Assembly: GCA_026023565.1 (NCBI GenBank)
Contig: JAPETS010000019.1
Location: 62,001 to 126,000 of the forward strand
Source: Cirrosporium novae-zelandiae
Taxonomy: Eukaryota
Length of the DNA stretch: 64,000 nt
Direction: 5' to 3'
Shown here: piece after piece, positions 48,101 to 59,939 of the stretch
Numbering within the stretch: position 1 is the first letter of the stretch
Layout: every line of letters begins with the position of its first letter
Position numbers and translations under genes: made by a program
Notes under the pieces: generated by a model
Seen by the model: only the letters and a program-made list of their open reading frames with translations
Databases searched by the model: none
What the model was told of the DNA's origin: nothing

Positions 48101-50204
48101 TACTCTATACTAAGTAGTAGAACAAGTTTGAAGATGGTTACCCTAGCGGCCACACTGGCGTATAATAGGGGCAGAGTTAATATATCAATTCTAGATAAAC
48201 TGACGTAGCGTAACGGGCCCTTCTCTCTAATAGCTTGCAGACTCACCACTAGAGATCACGGCTCTGGGTCTATATGAGGTTTGTATATTATAGATGAAAC
48301 AATTTGAATTCCGGCTTCGTTTTGTATGGTGGTGATGGCTCTATGAGAGAATGGTGTGATATACATCAAATTATATTTAGGGGTGGGTCAAAGGTGATTT
48401 TTCTTAGTGAAAGTATGTTGGACGTTGGTATTAGGTACTTTTGGGATCATGGTAAGTTTCCTGAGCCGAGAGTGGATGCTGTTTAGCTGTGAATTATCCA
48501 TTTTAAAGGTATGCTTCCCACAGCATCCAATCCCGTTGAATATAACTTTGAGAGGAGGACCTAATGGCGTTGAAGTATAGATATCATAAGCAGTAGATAA
48601 AATTCGTAGCGAAATATCGTTTATTGTAATGGTAAGGAGTGGCCTTATGTGCAATCCGCCAACTCTCCTCATGTAGGGGTATATGGATTCTCTTAGGCGT
48701 CTTTGGTATAATTGACATGATTGTGACAACGCATAGCCAGTCATGTCATGGTCGATATCAGAGATAAATTAAGTCACCCCGAAGGAGACGGTAATGAGTA
48801 GAGTAAAGTAAGAGAGATAGTGAAGGAGGGTCCTCCTAGTCAATGTTGCTGGCTATCCATATAAGAGATAAATAATAGACCACCTACCAATGCGCAGTCG
48901 CTAATTTCATGACACGTAAGAAATTTGGCCTGTAAACTCAGTACAGCAGGGACCATGCATTGTGGGGAAATGTGCTGGTCATGGACCTGACAAATAAATA
49001 TGAGAATCGTTATGAAAGGCCTTGAGCAATAGAGGATAAGGAAAATACCTAGAAGACTAACTTCTATTTACAGCATGTTCACCTACATCGATGCCCAGAA
49101 CTAGCATCTAGGGCATGCATTAAATCTAACACGTTAACAACTATTCTTCTTTCATCTTTCCGCCTCCAGGTGTAATTGAACTTTTTGGTGAACATAAGCC
49201 AAGTGTTTGTATTTTTCCGAGCCCTCCTTTTCAGCTCGGTGCATGGAGAAAGCGTCCTAACCTTTTGAATTTGTTGTTCTAGGCTTGCAATGGTATTCCT
49301 AAATAAGGTACCGCTAGACGGATGTCCCCGATCTCTTCTATTAAAGATATCCACTGTACCTTTCGAGTGCCTTGAAAAGTAGCCGATATCCTGGACCGTT
49401 AGTTGGTACCAAATCACGATGCATAGTGCTCTCAACGTTTTTGTAATATAATCTTGTGGTTGGTGGATGCACGAGCCTTCCGATGACTCCTTGGATATTA
49501 TTTCAAAATGTTCTCTATTAGCCTCCTCTTTGGCAAATGGTTGCCTATCCCTTCTCTTCATAAGATATTAATTGCATGTAGGCGGCCAAGGCTTAGAATT
49601 TGTCGTGCTTTTGTGGTTGGAGTTGGGGTCGAGGCACCAGACATAGAGTGACAGAGGAAGAAGGCGATGGAAGCAAGTATGTTCTCAATCATATGAGAGT
49701 TGTTACTACGATAAAAAACGGTTAGCAGCAACTCTCATAAATATTCAAGCTGGCTCAAGGATCCAATCTTGTTTGCCTTGATCTGGAGTAATTGATTGTC
49801 TGAGACATTGGACTGTTTCCTAGATGTTTTGGAATTAATGGATCTCGACGGATCGTTACAGGGATAAATTAAAGTTATTCTTCAAGTCACTGAACTGCTC
49901 CACAACAAAACATAATATTCATAAACATAATTACCTTAAAGCTGGCATCAGAAAAATAAATGTCGCTAGCTATATCAACTATCATTTTCGTATGCTTTTC
50001 GTTTGAATTATACTTCAAATATCATGCGTGATTGCTGTGGGATGAATGAACATTTCTATTTCTTCAACTGCCAAGGCTGGGCAATTTCAGGATCCTGCTC
50101 ATATGAGGGAGTGTAACATCATGGTTTTCGTATATTTATTTCTAACTAACTAATTGGGAATTGGTTGGGCGGATTCAAAGGCCGTTTCATTTAACTGACC
50201 GCTT

Positions 50205-50210
50205 GGCTAA
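50205..50210 (+). promoter_or_regulatory. Candidate XlnR/Xyr1 site (GGCTAA) upstream of the GH5 gene
   Basis: Consensus match about 420 bp before the ATG; TATA-like ATATAAA near 50551. A short motif that could occur by chance. Confidence 0.35.
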
Positions 50211-50629
50211 ATCATTTCAAGTTATTAAATTGTTCCCATTTTTTCGCCAGGTGGCCTTTTTCCTTCCAGAACCGAGATGCGGAGGAAACGGAGCATAACT
50301 ATCCCCCTCATCTTTTTCTTCCATCTTTTGTCGGTCCTAGTTTCCGCTTTATATGAAAGATCAGCCGCCAGGCCACTCACTATACACCATCACGGTACCA
50401 TAGCGTTGGCCAACACGACCTTTCTCACACCACCCTTACTCTCTTTGGTATGTGGATGAAGCCTCCGTCGGCCCGCTTTCCATAGGTCTACCAGGATGGT
50501 TGTCGAACTATATCTAAAATCAAGGACGGTGTAGCAAACAAGTCATGAATATATAAAGGGCTATCCACCCTTCAATAATGTTTCTTTCCTCGTCACTCCC
50601 AGGATACTTTGGAGGCCTCCTTGAAAACA

Positions 50630-51793
50630 ATGCTTTTCTCTGTCCTTCTTGCTGCCGCTGGCTCAGTGGGTGTGGCCTTGTGCTCCACCACCCAGAAGCG
50701 CACGTCGACCTTCGAGTGGTTTGGTGTTAATGAGTCTGGTGCCGAGTTTGGAACTGGTACTTACCCAGGAACTCTGGGAACCAACTACATCTGGCCGTAC
50801 AATTCTACCATCACCGTAAGTGCGAAAATGCGCAGGAAACTCGCAACTTATACTTACTGACTTGTACTATTCTAGACTCTGGTTAGCGATGGTTTCAATG
50901 CATTTAGGATTCCCTTCTCCATGGAGCGGCTTATCCCAGATGAAATGACTGGTGACTTTGCCAGTGCTTATCTAGAGGATATGAAGGAGCTTGTAAACCA
51001 CATTACCCTTACCAAGGGCGCATATGCTATCCTTGACCCCCACAACTTTGGGCGCTATTACTCTACCGTCTTCACTAGCACCTCCGACTTTAAGGCTTTT
51101 TGGACTAAGGTTGCTGGCGAATTCAAAGACAACTCTAAAGTTGTATGTATTCCCTTTGCCTCTTGGTCTTTTCGATATTAACAAAGATGTCTTCAGATTT
51201 TTGATGTTAACAATGAATTTCACGACGAGGAGGAGTCAAATGTTGTTGCCCTCAACCAAGCCGCCATTAATGGGATTAGGGCGGCTGGCGCCACGACCCA
51301 ATATATCTTTGTAGAAGGCAATTCCTACTCGGGTGCCTGGACGTGGGCAACCGTCAATGATGATATGAAGGATCTTACTGATACTCAAGATAAAATCATC
51401 TACGAGATGCACCAGTATCTCGATTCTGATGGTTCTGGAACCAGCTCAACTTGTGTTTCAAGCACCATCGGCAAGGAAAGGATCACGGCTGCCACTCAGT
51501 GGCTTATTGACAATGGTAAGAAGGGCGTTCTCGGAGAATATGCCGGGGGTGCGAACAGTGATTGTTTGAGTGCTGTTAAGGGTATGCTGAACTATATGGC
51601 CGATAATACGGACGTGTGGATGGGTGCTTTCTGGTGGGGCGGAGGCCCATGGGTAAGTTCTTGTTCTTATTCATTCTTAGAAAGCACTTTGCTTACTATT
51701 TGTCTTTAGTGGGGCGACTACATTTATTCGTTCGAACCGCCATCTGGCACTGCATATACTTACTACCTTAGCTCGCTCGAGAGCTTCGTTTGA
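50630..51793 (+). CDS. Secreted GH5 (subfamily 5-like) endo-beta-1,4-glucanase, no CBM; 4 exons
   Basis: Signal peptide; [32 protein letters not shown] (acid/base), [17 protein letters not shown] (nucleophile). Exons 50630-50815, 50876-51142, 51197-51652, 51710-51793. Confidence 0.95.
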
Positions 51794-54282
51794 GTGGATA
51801 AAACCACGATGTAGCGGATGGTTATTTATGAGTCGAAGACTGGTACTGATGCCTTGGTATACAAATTCCATCCCGACAGTATATCCTAGCACTCTAGTTA
51901 CAATCTATACCTATCAATATATTTAGTGAAGAGTATAGAGACCAATGAAACAACATGTCAAGATTTGGTTGCATTAACAGCTGGCGAATCGGAGGGTAAT
52001 TTCTTGTATCATTTTATTTCAATTCTTTGCTATGTTCAGTCGTTGAGAAAATGAATTTACTTGGGTTTTCCATTTATCCTTTCAGTGGATATAAACCCGA
52101 CAGCAATCTTCAGAGCTGAGAAGGTGTGGCTTCTAGTATGGATATAAGGATGTGTCAGAGTATTTTATGTCACAAAGACCCAATTCTCTGTATTCTAGCC
52201 GGTAATTTTTATTTTTAAGGTATTTCTTTCTTCCGGGTTAGTAAATCAGTAAAATATCGGCTGTGATTACACAAGGCTAGAGCGCACAGACCATATAATC
52301 ATTGTCTGTTGGAACATGCTAAGCGAGGCGCTAGAGGAGAACACTTTTCGGCTCCATATAAGAAATAGATGACAATCGCTGTCGAACTACTCTTCATTAA
52401 ACTTACAGACTTCGTGAACTCAACAGAGAAAGGCTGCAGAATGAAGATGTTGGCAATCTCTAGATATGTCATAATGCCTGATATCAATTTCCCCCAGCAA
52501 AATGTCAACCTTGGCCACCGCCCAGTATCGCCACCCCCTTTAAATTTGTAAAGGCTTTCCCTTCATACAAACTTTTCTATCCTCTATGAAAGATATCGAT
52601 CCTTGATCTTGTCAAATGTTTGCCCCTGAGATGCCAAGTCTTATAATAATTTTCTGACTGTGGCGAGGATTTTCATTGAAACTTTGATTGGTTATATAAA
52701 CCTTCAGTTGATTGATTTCCCTTTCGGGATTCCCTCGAACACTAGGTATCAACGATCTCCTTTTATATGCTATGGATCATCTGTATATCCAATCATATCA
52801 TATTTGGGTATCTCGACCATGGATCCCAGAATGAAGAGTATCATGCATTGGAAGTTCCAATCATCCTATCAATTTCCTATGTTGGCATATGTATCCTTTG
52901 AAAGCATATTATATTCCCAATATTTCATCTCTTAGCAACCTCTAAATTTTCGAATACGTCATTTCGGAGTTCCAAATGCCTGAAGATCTGTGACATCTCA
53001 ATGATGAAGAAACCCTCGAGTCTCATAAGGATGTGGTTATGATAATCTTTGAACAGGGACACAAATGTAGGAGAATCAGACTAGATAAAATATACAAAGC
53101 TTTACCACAGTGGAAAGGATGATTGCCTATACCCACTATAAGTTTACATTCCTCTTGAATGATACTATCAACATCCGAGTTCATACCTCTATCTAGGATA
53201 GTCTTGGCTCTCGTCCCCGCTGCATTCAACATCAACCTCTAATTCTCGACACTCTTCATGGCACACGTTGTAAATCCATTGTCCATGTTTAATATCGTCT
53301 ACCATTCAGATAAAAGTTGACTCTAGATTTGCGCGTCTTTAGCGAACAATACCTCGCCGACTTTCCCCGAGGTAAAAGCAAATTTCTATAAATTTATAAG
53401 GTGATGGCAAGGGGGCTTTTCCAGCGCTTTGGTAGCTCTCTGAGAGTTAATAAGAATACTGGAGAGGCTAGTAATGACGATGGCATGGTACTGACTAAGT
53501 CATGCTGGTTCGCCTAGGATAACCAAGGACGCTCATGACCTACCCTTCATCTATAGCTTCTTCATGAGTTATGAGGGATCCTTATATTCAACGACAGAGG
53601 GGTGTTTCTGTAAACTGTTAGTATCTCAACTCCCTCTCGGTGGATTCAATACGCTCATAGAGTCCAGCATAATTGTGGGAACCTTGGCATACTGCAGACT
53701 ACTAGAAGCTCGTTAGAGTAATGCTCAGCTTTTAGTCTGTCGAGAAATGTCCGCATCTTCGAAAATACTCTAATGTTGCTCTTTCTACTTGAGAACTTAG
53801 ACATCATTTATAACAATAGGTACAGCCCCACTTTAGCTGATTACCTAGAGCAGATCATGACACCTCACGAGGATACCCGTAACCCGTTGTGGGAACGGTG
53901 CAACATAAGGAGCAGTAAGTTAGAACATCGATTGTACTGAAGCTGAAGCGGCTCCGAGGAACTAGTACCTACCTTCAGACCTCCTACTTCCTTGTACTCA
54001 TCTTCATCCACATTTAGCAGAAGACACTAGACTTAAATCTTAGTGTGAAGCGGAGTTGTAACTATATAGATATCGACATCGACCTTCTGGAGTGACTAAG
54101 TCGACGCTAGCTTTTGGTGCTTCCCCAAGCTGATGTGCCAGACAATGGACTTGTGAAGAGCACTTCACTAGACTAAGGCTGTACAAATAAGTGCATACTT
54201 TGGATTAGCGTCTCGATTGCAGACCTCCCCCGCACTGGAACGTGCTCTGAGTCAATGGTTATCTCTAAGTGGATCGTGTGCC

Positions 54283-54902
54283 CAATGTTGTGAATAGACT
54301 AGACCGACCAGGTCGACCCCTTTGGTCTGGTCTGTCAAAGTCCGAGACCTGGTCCAGTCTATAGGCCGATCACCCCTCTTGGTCTATAGACTGTCGGTCA
54401 CATAACAACTCTTTTATAATCTGCGCGGAGCGCCGAAAAGAAATTTGAATTTTTGATTCACGATACCTTATTTTATTTTTACGTGATATTACTAATCTAT
54501 CTCCTGAACTGTCCCCGAATGGCGCACGCTTGTAGGTGGATCAAGCTAAAAGGCTATTGGCCCAATGATAAGATCTTGCGGCTCAATATTAGTTATCGAA
54601 GAAGTTGGTACCTGATTCTGCCTGAAACTAGTGATCTGACCTATCATAATCCTCACATGACATCCTACAAGCGTGTGCCATTCGGGGACAGTTCAGTAAA
54701 TACGAAATAAATGCCGAGCCTTGACACCTTTAACTTTCCCCCACAAACCTCAATATTACAAAAATATGCCCCCTTATCGAATAATTCGTATTTATACAGA
54801 TCGATAGACCTTAGATAATCAAAATCTGGTCGGTCTATCAAAAAACTCAGTCCGGTCGGTCCAGTTTATCCAAAAGCTTGGTCAAGCCTATTCACAACAC
54901 TG
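54283..54902. mobile_element. Non-autonomous hAT-type DNA transposon (MITE), 620 bp
   Basis: 23-bp terminal inverted repeats (TIRs) CAATGTTGTGAATAGACTAGACC / CAGTGTTGTGAATAGGCTTGACC (20/23); 8-bp TSD CGTGTGCC (54275-54282) / CATGTGCC (54903-54910); subterminal GACC/GGTC repeats. Confidence 0.88.
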
Positions 54903-55148
54903 CATGTGCCGCCCAAGGTCACCTACATAACCAAAGCAATTTCAGCTGAATATAATTACAACCAAAATTTTATCATCTTTCCCCAGCACTCGCTTCCTTT
55001 CTTCCTTTTTCCGCCAGCCAAATTTTCTTTAAATATTTCATCCAGCACTACTTTTTGCATTGCATTTAGATCCTTACGAAGCTAGTCAATTTCCTTCACC
55101 ACTTAAAAGAGTTTCTTCTTAAACCGAGTTGCCCTCTATTCTACCACG

Positions 55149-55951
55149 ATGTCTGCTTTAGCTCCAGTGGCTCCAGTGCATCAGTCTCAGTCCAAACTCT
55201 TCCAGTTGCCCAGTGAGTTACGCACCCAAATCTGGGCTCTGGTTGTAGAGGGTTATGATACAGCCATCGATTGTGACACGACTCCCACTCACTACACCTG
55301 TCGGCTCTGGAAACGTGCTCGACTTCGAGGAAAAGGTAGAGACATTCGTGCTTTTCTCTCTACATGTCGCCAGATTTACCAAGAGGTACACTGCTTCGTC
55401 CCTGTATCGAGAAGTTCTCCGAATCTCTATCTCCATCATGTTGAATGCCTATATGCACTCATGGAATCGGACCCCATATCCGTAAAGCATAGGTTTACAA
55501 ATTTATATTCCAGAAAACCAGCAGTGAACTCTCGTGAGTATTGGCAATAGACCAGACCAAACCAGTTTGAAAGCGATTATTGCTGCGGTAACTTGATTAT
55601 TATTGCAACAACAGTCGTGAACGTCCTTGTTGCTGATTCCAGGGTACTTCCGCCAGGAATGCTATTTTCAGTTCAATATGCCAACTACGGTACCTATTCA
55701 ATGAGTGACCTTTACAAGTATGAAAATCGATCGCCTACCACCTTTCGACGATCCTCTTCTAATCCATGACGGCCTCCGTTTCCGAGCGCTGATGCGCCGC
55801 GGGATTTCTTCCGCTACCGTCCTTTTGTTTCAGAGCGGATAACCTCGATACTACAAGGACCAAAGAATCTTGGGACTGCAGAGAGTTTTGAAAGTGCTTA
55901 GGCTGGAGGCATGCATTTGATGAATGGAACGATGATGGATAGACTAAGCTA
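55149..55951 (+). pseudogene. F-box-like gene with premature stops (probable pseudogene)
   Basis: LFQLPSELRTQIWALVV and FLSTCRQIYQE; the same frame stays open for about 70 codons after TAG 55548-55550 and about 40 more after the next stop. 3' end uncertain. Confidence 0.55.
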
Positions 55952-57120
55952 GCACACATGATTCACCTCCAACTACTTAGTCAATGCTGGAAATATTGTT
56001 ACTTCACCACACTTTGATAAGGCTTGGTTTTCTGTCCGATTTTATGGTGGAACGGGTTGTTCGAGCAGTTGATAGGCTAAATGGATTGTGTCAAAAGAGG
56101 GTTTAGGAAGAGAGCCGTCCGACATGATAACTCATGAGACAGTAAAACTGAGGAATTGGTGGGATATGTGTAGAAAGATGCAATCGAATTGCGGTTTCGG
56201 ATGAGTTGTACTTCGCTTTTTCTCAACTGCAGAGATAACTCATAACCAGGGCCATGATTATCTCAGACCGTAACCTCCAGCCGTAACATTTCACCTGTAA
56301 TTAATTTCAATTTTCGTTGTCTTTCTTTCCGCTTCTTCAGTTGGCTAAACTCACTTAGGCTTTTGCGGTGACGGAAGAACTTGGATATTTTTGAGCATCC
56401 TGAGCTGTCTCTTTGCCAAGTTAGAGCATTGAACTTCAATATTAATAAAAGGTCGAGAACGACAGCATGGCTCCTGAGTAGGACGGGTTCTCAAGGATGA
56501 GCCAACCTTTAACAACGTTGGAATAGACTTTGGATACCGCTACGTCAAATCAAGATTTATCTATACCTTTCCCCGCAACAAGTTTCGGGCCGGGATAATA
56601 AGATCAAGGTCCGATACCGGACTAGGTTCGAAGATTGGGCAGCTACTCTGGGATCAGCAAAATGTGGAGTCCTGACACTCTAAAGGGTGAGGATTGTCCC
56701 ACAAGGTTGTTAACTTTCATGCGAAAAGACTGGGAGCTGCTTAGTTCGACCGGATGGGGTCTCAATCCAGCCAGAATTCAAAGTTCTGTGGACGTGACGA
56801 CGATAATTATTTATTGTCTAGAACTCATCAGGGAAAACATTAAGATATTGTACACAAGTATAGTATATATTACTCTACATATCGATTTCTTTTCGCCATT
56901 GCGCTCTGTGCCCCTAATCTACTTGATCAATTGCTCACCATACGCAGGGAAATTTCACTCAGCAATCGGTCATTAGCTATGAAACTCTCTCAATGAAATG
57001 TAGGCATCCCTAGAGATGGAAGCCATCTACCAAGTTACAATGATGTTGCGGAGCAGGACGCTTCCTAGCGTAAACTATGCCTTTAACCAAGTTTTTGATG
57101 CTGAACGCTCATTTAGATCG

Positions 57121-57157
57121 TAATCGACCTCGAAATCGACCTCGAAATCGACCTCGA
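57121..57157. repeat. 12-bp tandem repeat (AAATCGACCTCG)x3
   Basis: Read directly. Confidence 0.85.
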
Positions 57158-57594
57158 GATTGGCCGTTATATATCCAAATGCGTCAAATGCTTCGATTTT
57201 GATGGATTTCTCCTTTAATGAGACAGGTTTTAGCGACGTTTGTAAGCTAGGGTAGTAAACTTGCACCTCGCATTCAACTTCTACATACTCATGCATGCCT
57301 CTGTAGTATTACGTACTTTACCCATGGACAGGCGTAAATACGTATCAGCTCATTTAGTTTACACTATAGAGATCCATCCTCAGAATCTTGGCGCATTAAG
57401 AATCCTGAATCCTTCGTCTGCCTAATTTAACTTCAACGTCATAGTTAGCCTAAAATTTTAAATTGACTCGTCGTAACAACTGTCATAAATCTCTAAAGAG
57501 TGGCATGAATGGGAAGTACTTATAGCAACCCTTTAGACTGGAAGCCTATTGTAGCTGCTACTTAAAACTACTTACAATATAGTTGCATCTGATC

Positions 57595-58619
57595 ATGGCA
57601 ACATCTACAGCTCGCATTTTTGCTGTCTACGAACTCGTGGAACTCATTTTATATAATCTTTCATCTATGGAAGAGATATTACAAGCCCAACGCGTCTGCC
57701 GAACATGGAAGACTATAATCAAAAAATCAAAATCTATACGGCAAGCTCTGTGGTACGCGGTGCCAGATGGGAGCTACAACATCGATACCCTTCCTACGGT
57801 TAACAAGTCTATCAGCCCTCTATGGAAATTGAATCCAATGATAGCACGATTGGGAATATCTCTGAACGTCCATGAAACGGGGCATGCAGACGTCTCATTG
57901 ATACCAAACAATGTCTATGATACTGGGGACGTGGACCTCACTAAGGGGATATACGATATCCCCGGTTCCTGGGCGACGATGTTGGCCACGCAACCACCAT
58001 GCAGGTACATGCAAATCGAGTGTTTCAGTAACTACTCTGGAGATGAAACAATGTTCGATTGACCCATAATTTCCATTACTATGGTGGGCACCTTGGAATA
58101 ACAATTGGTACTAACCTTTATTTTAGGATGTACCTCATTGAATGCCAATCTGATTGGTTGCTTCTTGGAGATCTCATGGCTGTTTTAGCTGAAGCCCAGA
58201 ACAGACAAAAAGGTGGGGTTGACCGTTGGGCCGGGGTGGTTCATTATAGTGCATCGCTCTATCCAACTAAGTCACCCGAGTTCCCCGAAGACGCATCTCG
58301 AGGTTTGATCGATGAAGAGCGACGCTCAATTCTTGAAGCTATGGACAACAATGTCTCCGTGAAAGTTGTTGTGAGCCAAGCTTGGGGATCGGGCGACTAT
58401 CCAGCTTTTTCACTAAAGCAAAAAGGACTACTTAAGGATAAGCCGAGAAGAGGGCTAGATCCCGAAGATGGATATGGCTTTCGACACGAGTTGATTACCC
58501 ACGAAATGGATTACCAATGGGACTGGGCACATCATAGTGAGCATAAAATGTACCCCCCTTTTACGAATTATGAGTATCACGCTCGACTCCTCGAAGATGA
58601 GCCAAGCTGCAAACGATAA
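57595..58619 (+). CDS. F-box domain protein; 2 exons
   Basis: IFAVYELVELILYNL...ILQAQRVCRTWKTII...IRQALW; SWATMLATQPP; intron 58053-58126 joins the two ORFs in frame. Confidence 0.8.
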
Positions 58620-59939
58620 ACGGAAAAGAACCACTGAGTGATGGCAACAGAAGAAGGGCAATTGATCATATACTGCGACTCTCTATGTCACTCTAAACTA
58701 TTACTTTGCCATGTCTTTGTGGACTACTAGACAGTAGTCATGCTTTAAACAAGTTCAGAATGCATTATTGTGCTTAGGAGAACCACCTACTGTCAATATT
58801 GGTAACATGGTTGAGCTTTTCAGATTCTGATATCTTTCTCGCATCAGCCAAAGTAGTAAGAATTCATATGGACATCTCGGAGCTATTTTAGATTGGATTA
58901 GTTGTGAGTTTAAAAGTTGTTGCAATAACATTCATAAAGGAGATTATCTCCATTATTAGTTCCTCTTAAAATGAAGAGATACAATCTTCCGTTTAAAGGG
59001 CGTTTGGGGAATCATGATGACTAGTTTTTGTTCAGAAAGTTGCTAAGGTGGTTAAGATATTCCGCCTAAGGACATGAATGCAATGCTATTGCAGTAAAGT
59101 TGACACGGATGCTCATAAGGACAGAATATATGATAAGCAAGGTAGATGATATGCTCGTTATTTAAGTAGTTGATAACTAAAGTCATTCGGGAATAGTCGA
59201 TCTTATTAACCAAAAGTAGGAATTAAGGAAGTAGCTAATTATTAGGGCTTCCTGCTATTCCTTTGCTCGAGGCGGGGGTGATCCACTTTATATGGAGATA
59301 TAATCCCTCCCTAAAGCCTTAGGCCCCTAGCTTCAGGCACCCTACTCCTACTCCTTACGCGGCCCTGCTATTCAAACAAATTGTTGGCTTTCCTATTTGA
59401 GATCTGGTCGCTTTTATTTTATTTCTACTTGTCGCAAATAATGACCGAGCGGACAAATATCCCGCACATGCCGGAAAGTGACAGGAGACCCTAAGGGGCA
59501 GTGGAGGGTCCGTGCCCCCGCTTAGATAGCTGCTTTGTTCCATACCTATCAAGCAATAATTATACCCATGTGCTATGTCTATCACATACTCATTCGTCTC
59601 TCCCTACGTTATCTAAGGACGAGACTTAATGTTCTTACATATTCCTTTAAAGCGAGCCTCCCCTTCACATCTAAGCTTGTTATACAGTACCCTAGATAAC
59701 CAATTATAGCAGCTGCATATAATCCTAAAATGTATCAAGAATCCTTCGGCCAAGGGGTCCTTTGTCAGCTGCAATACCATGCATTGTACTTCCCCACATT
59801 TAGGCGCTTATTTATTATTCTTGATGCGTTGTTCTACGCAGGATGAGGCTGTGGATGAGGCTGCGACAAGATCTTAAGGGTATAACTAAATGGTATGACC
59901 TTCGACCAGTATTTTCTTTTCTATTTGTATACCGCAAGC

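Noticed and set aside
55545..55565. AATAGACCAGACCAAA as a MITE end truncating the F-box-like gene
   Set aside because: It resembles the 18.5-kb repeat, but the reading frame continues through it and no partner TIR was found.
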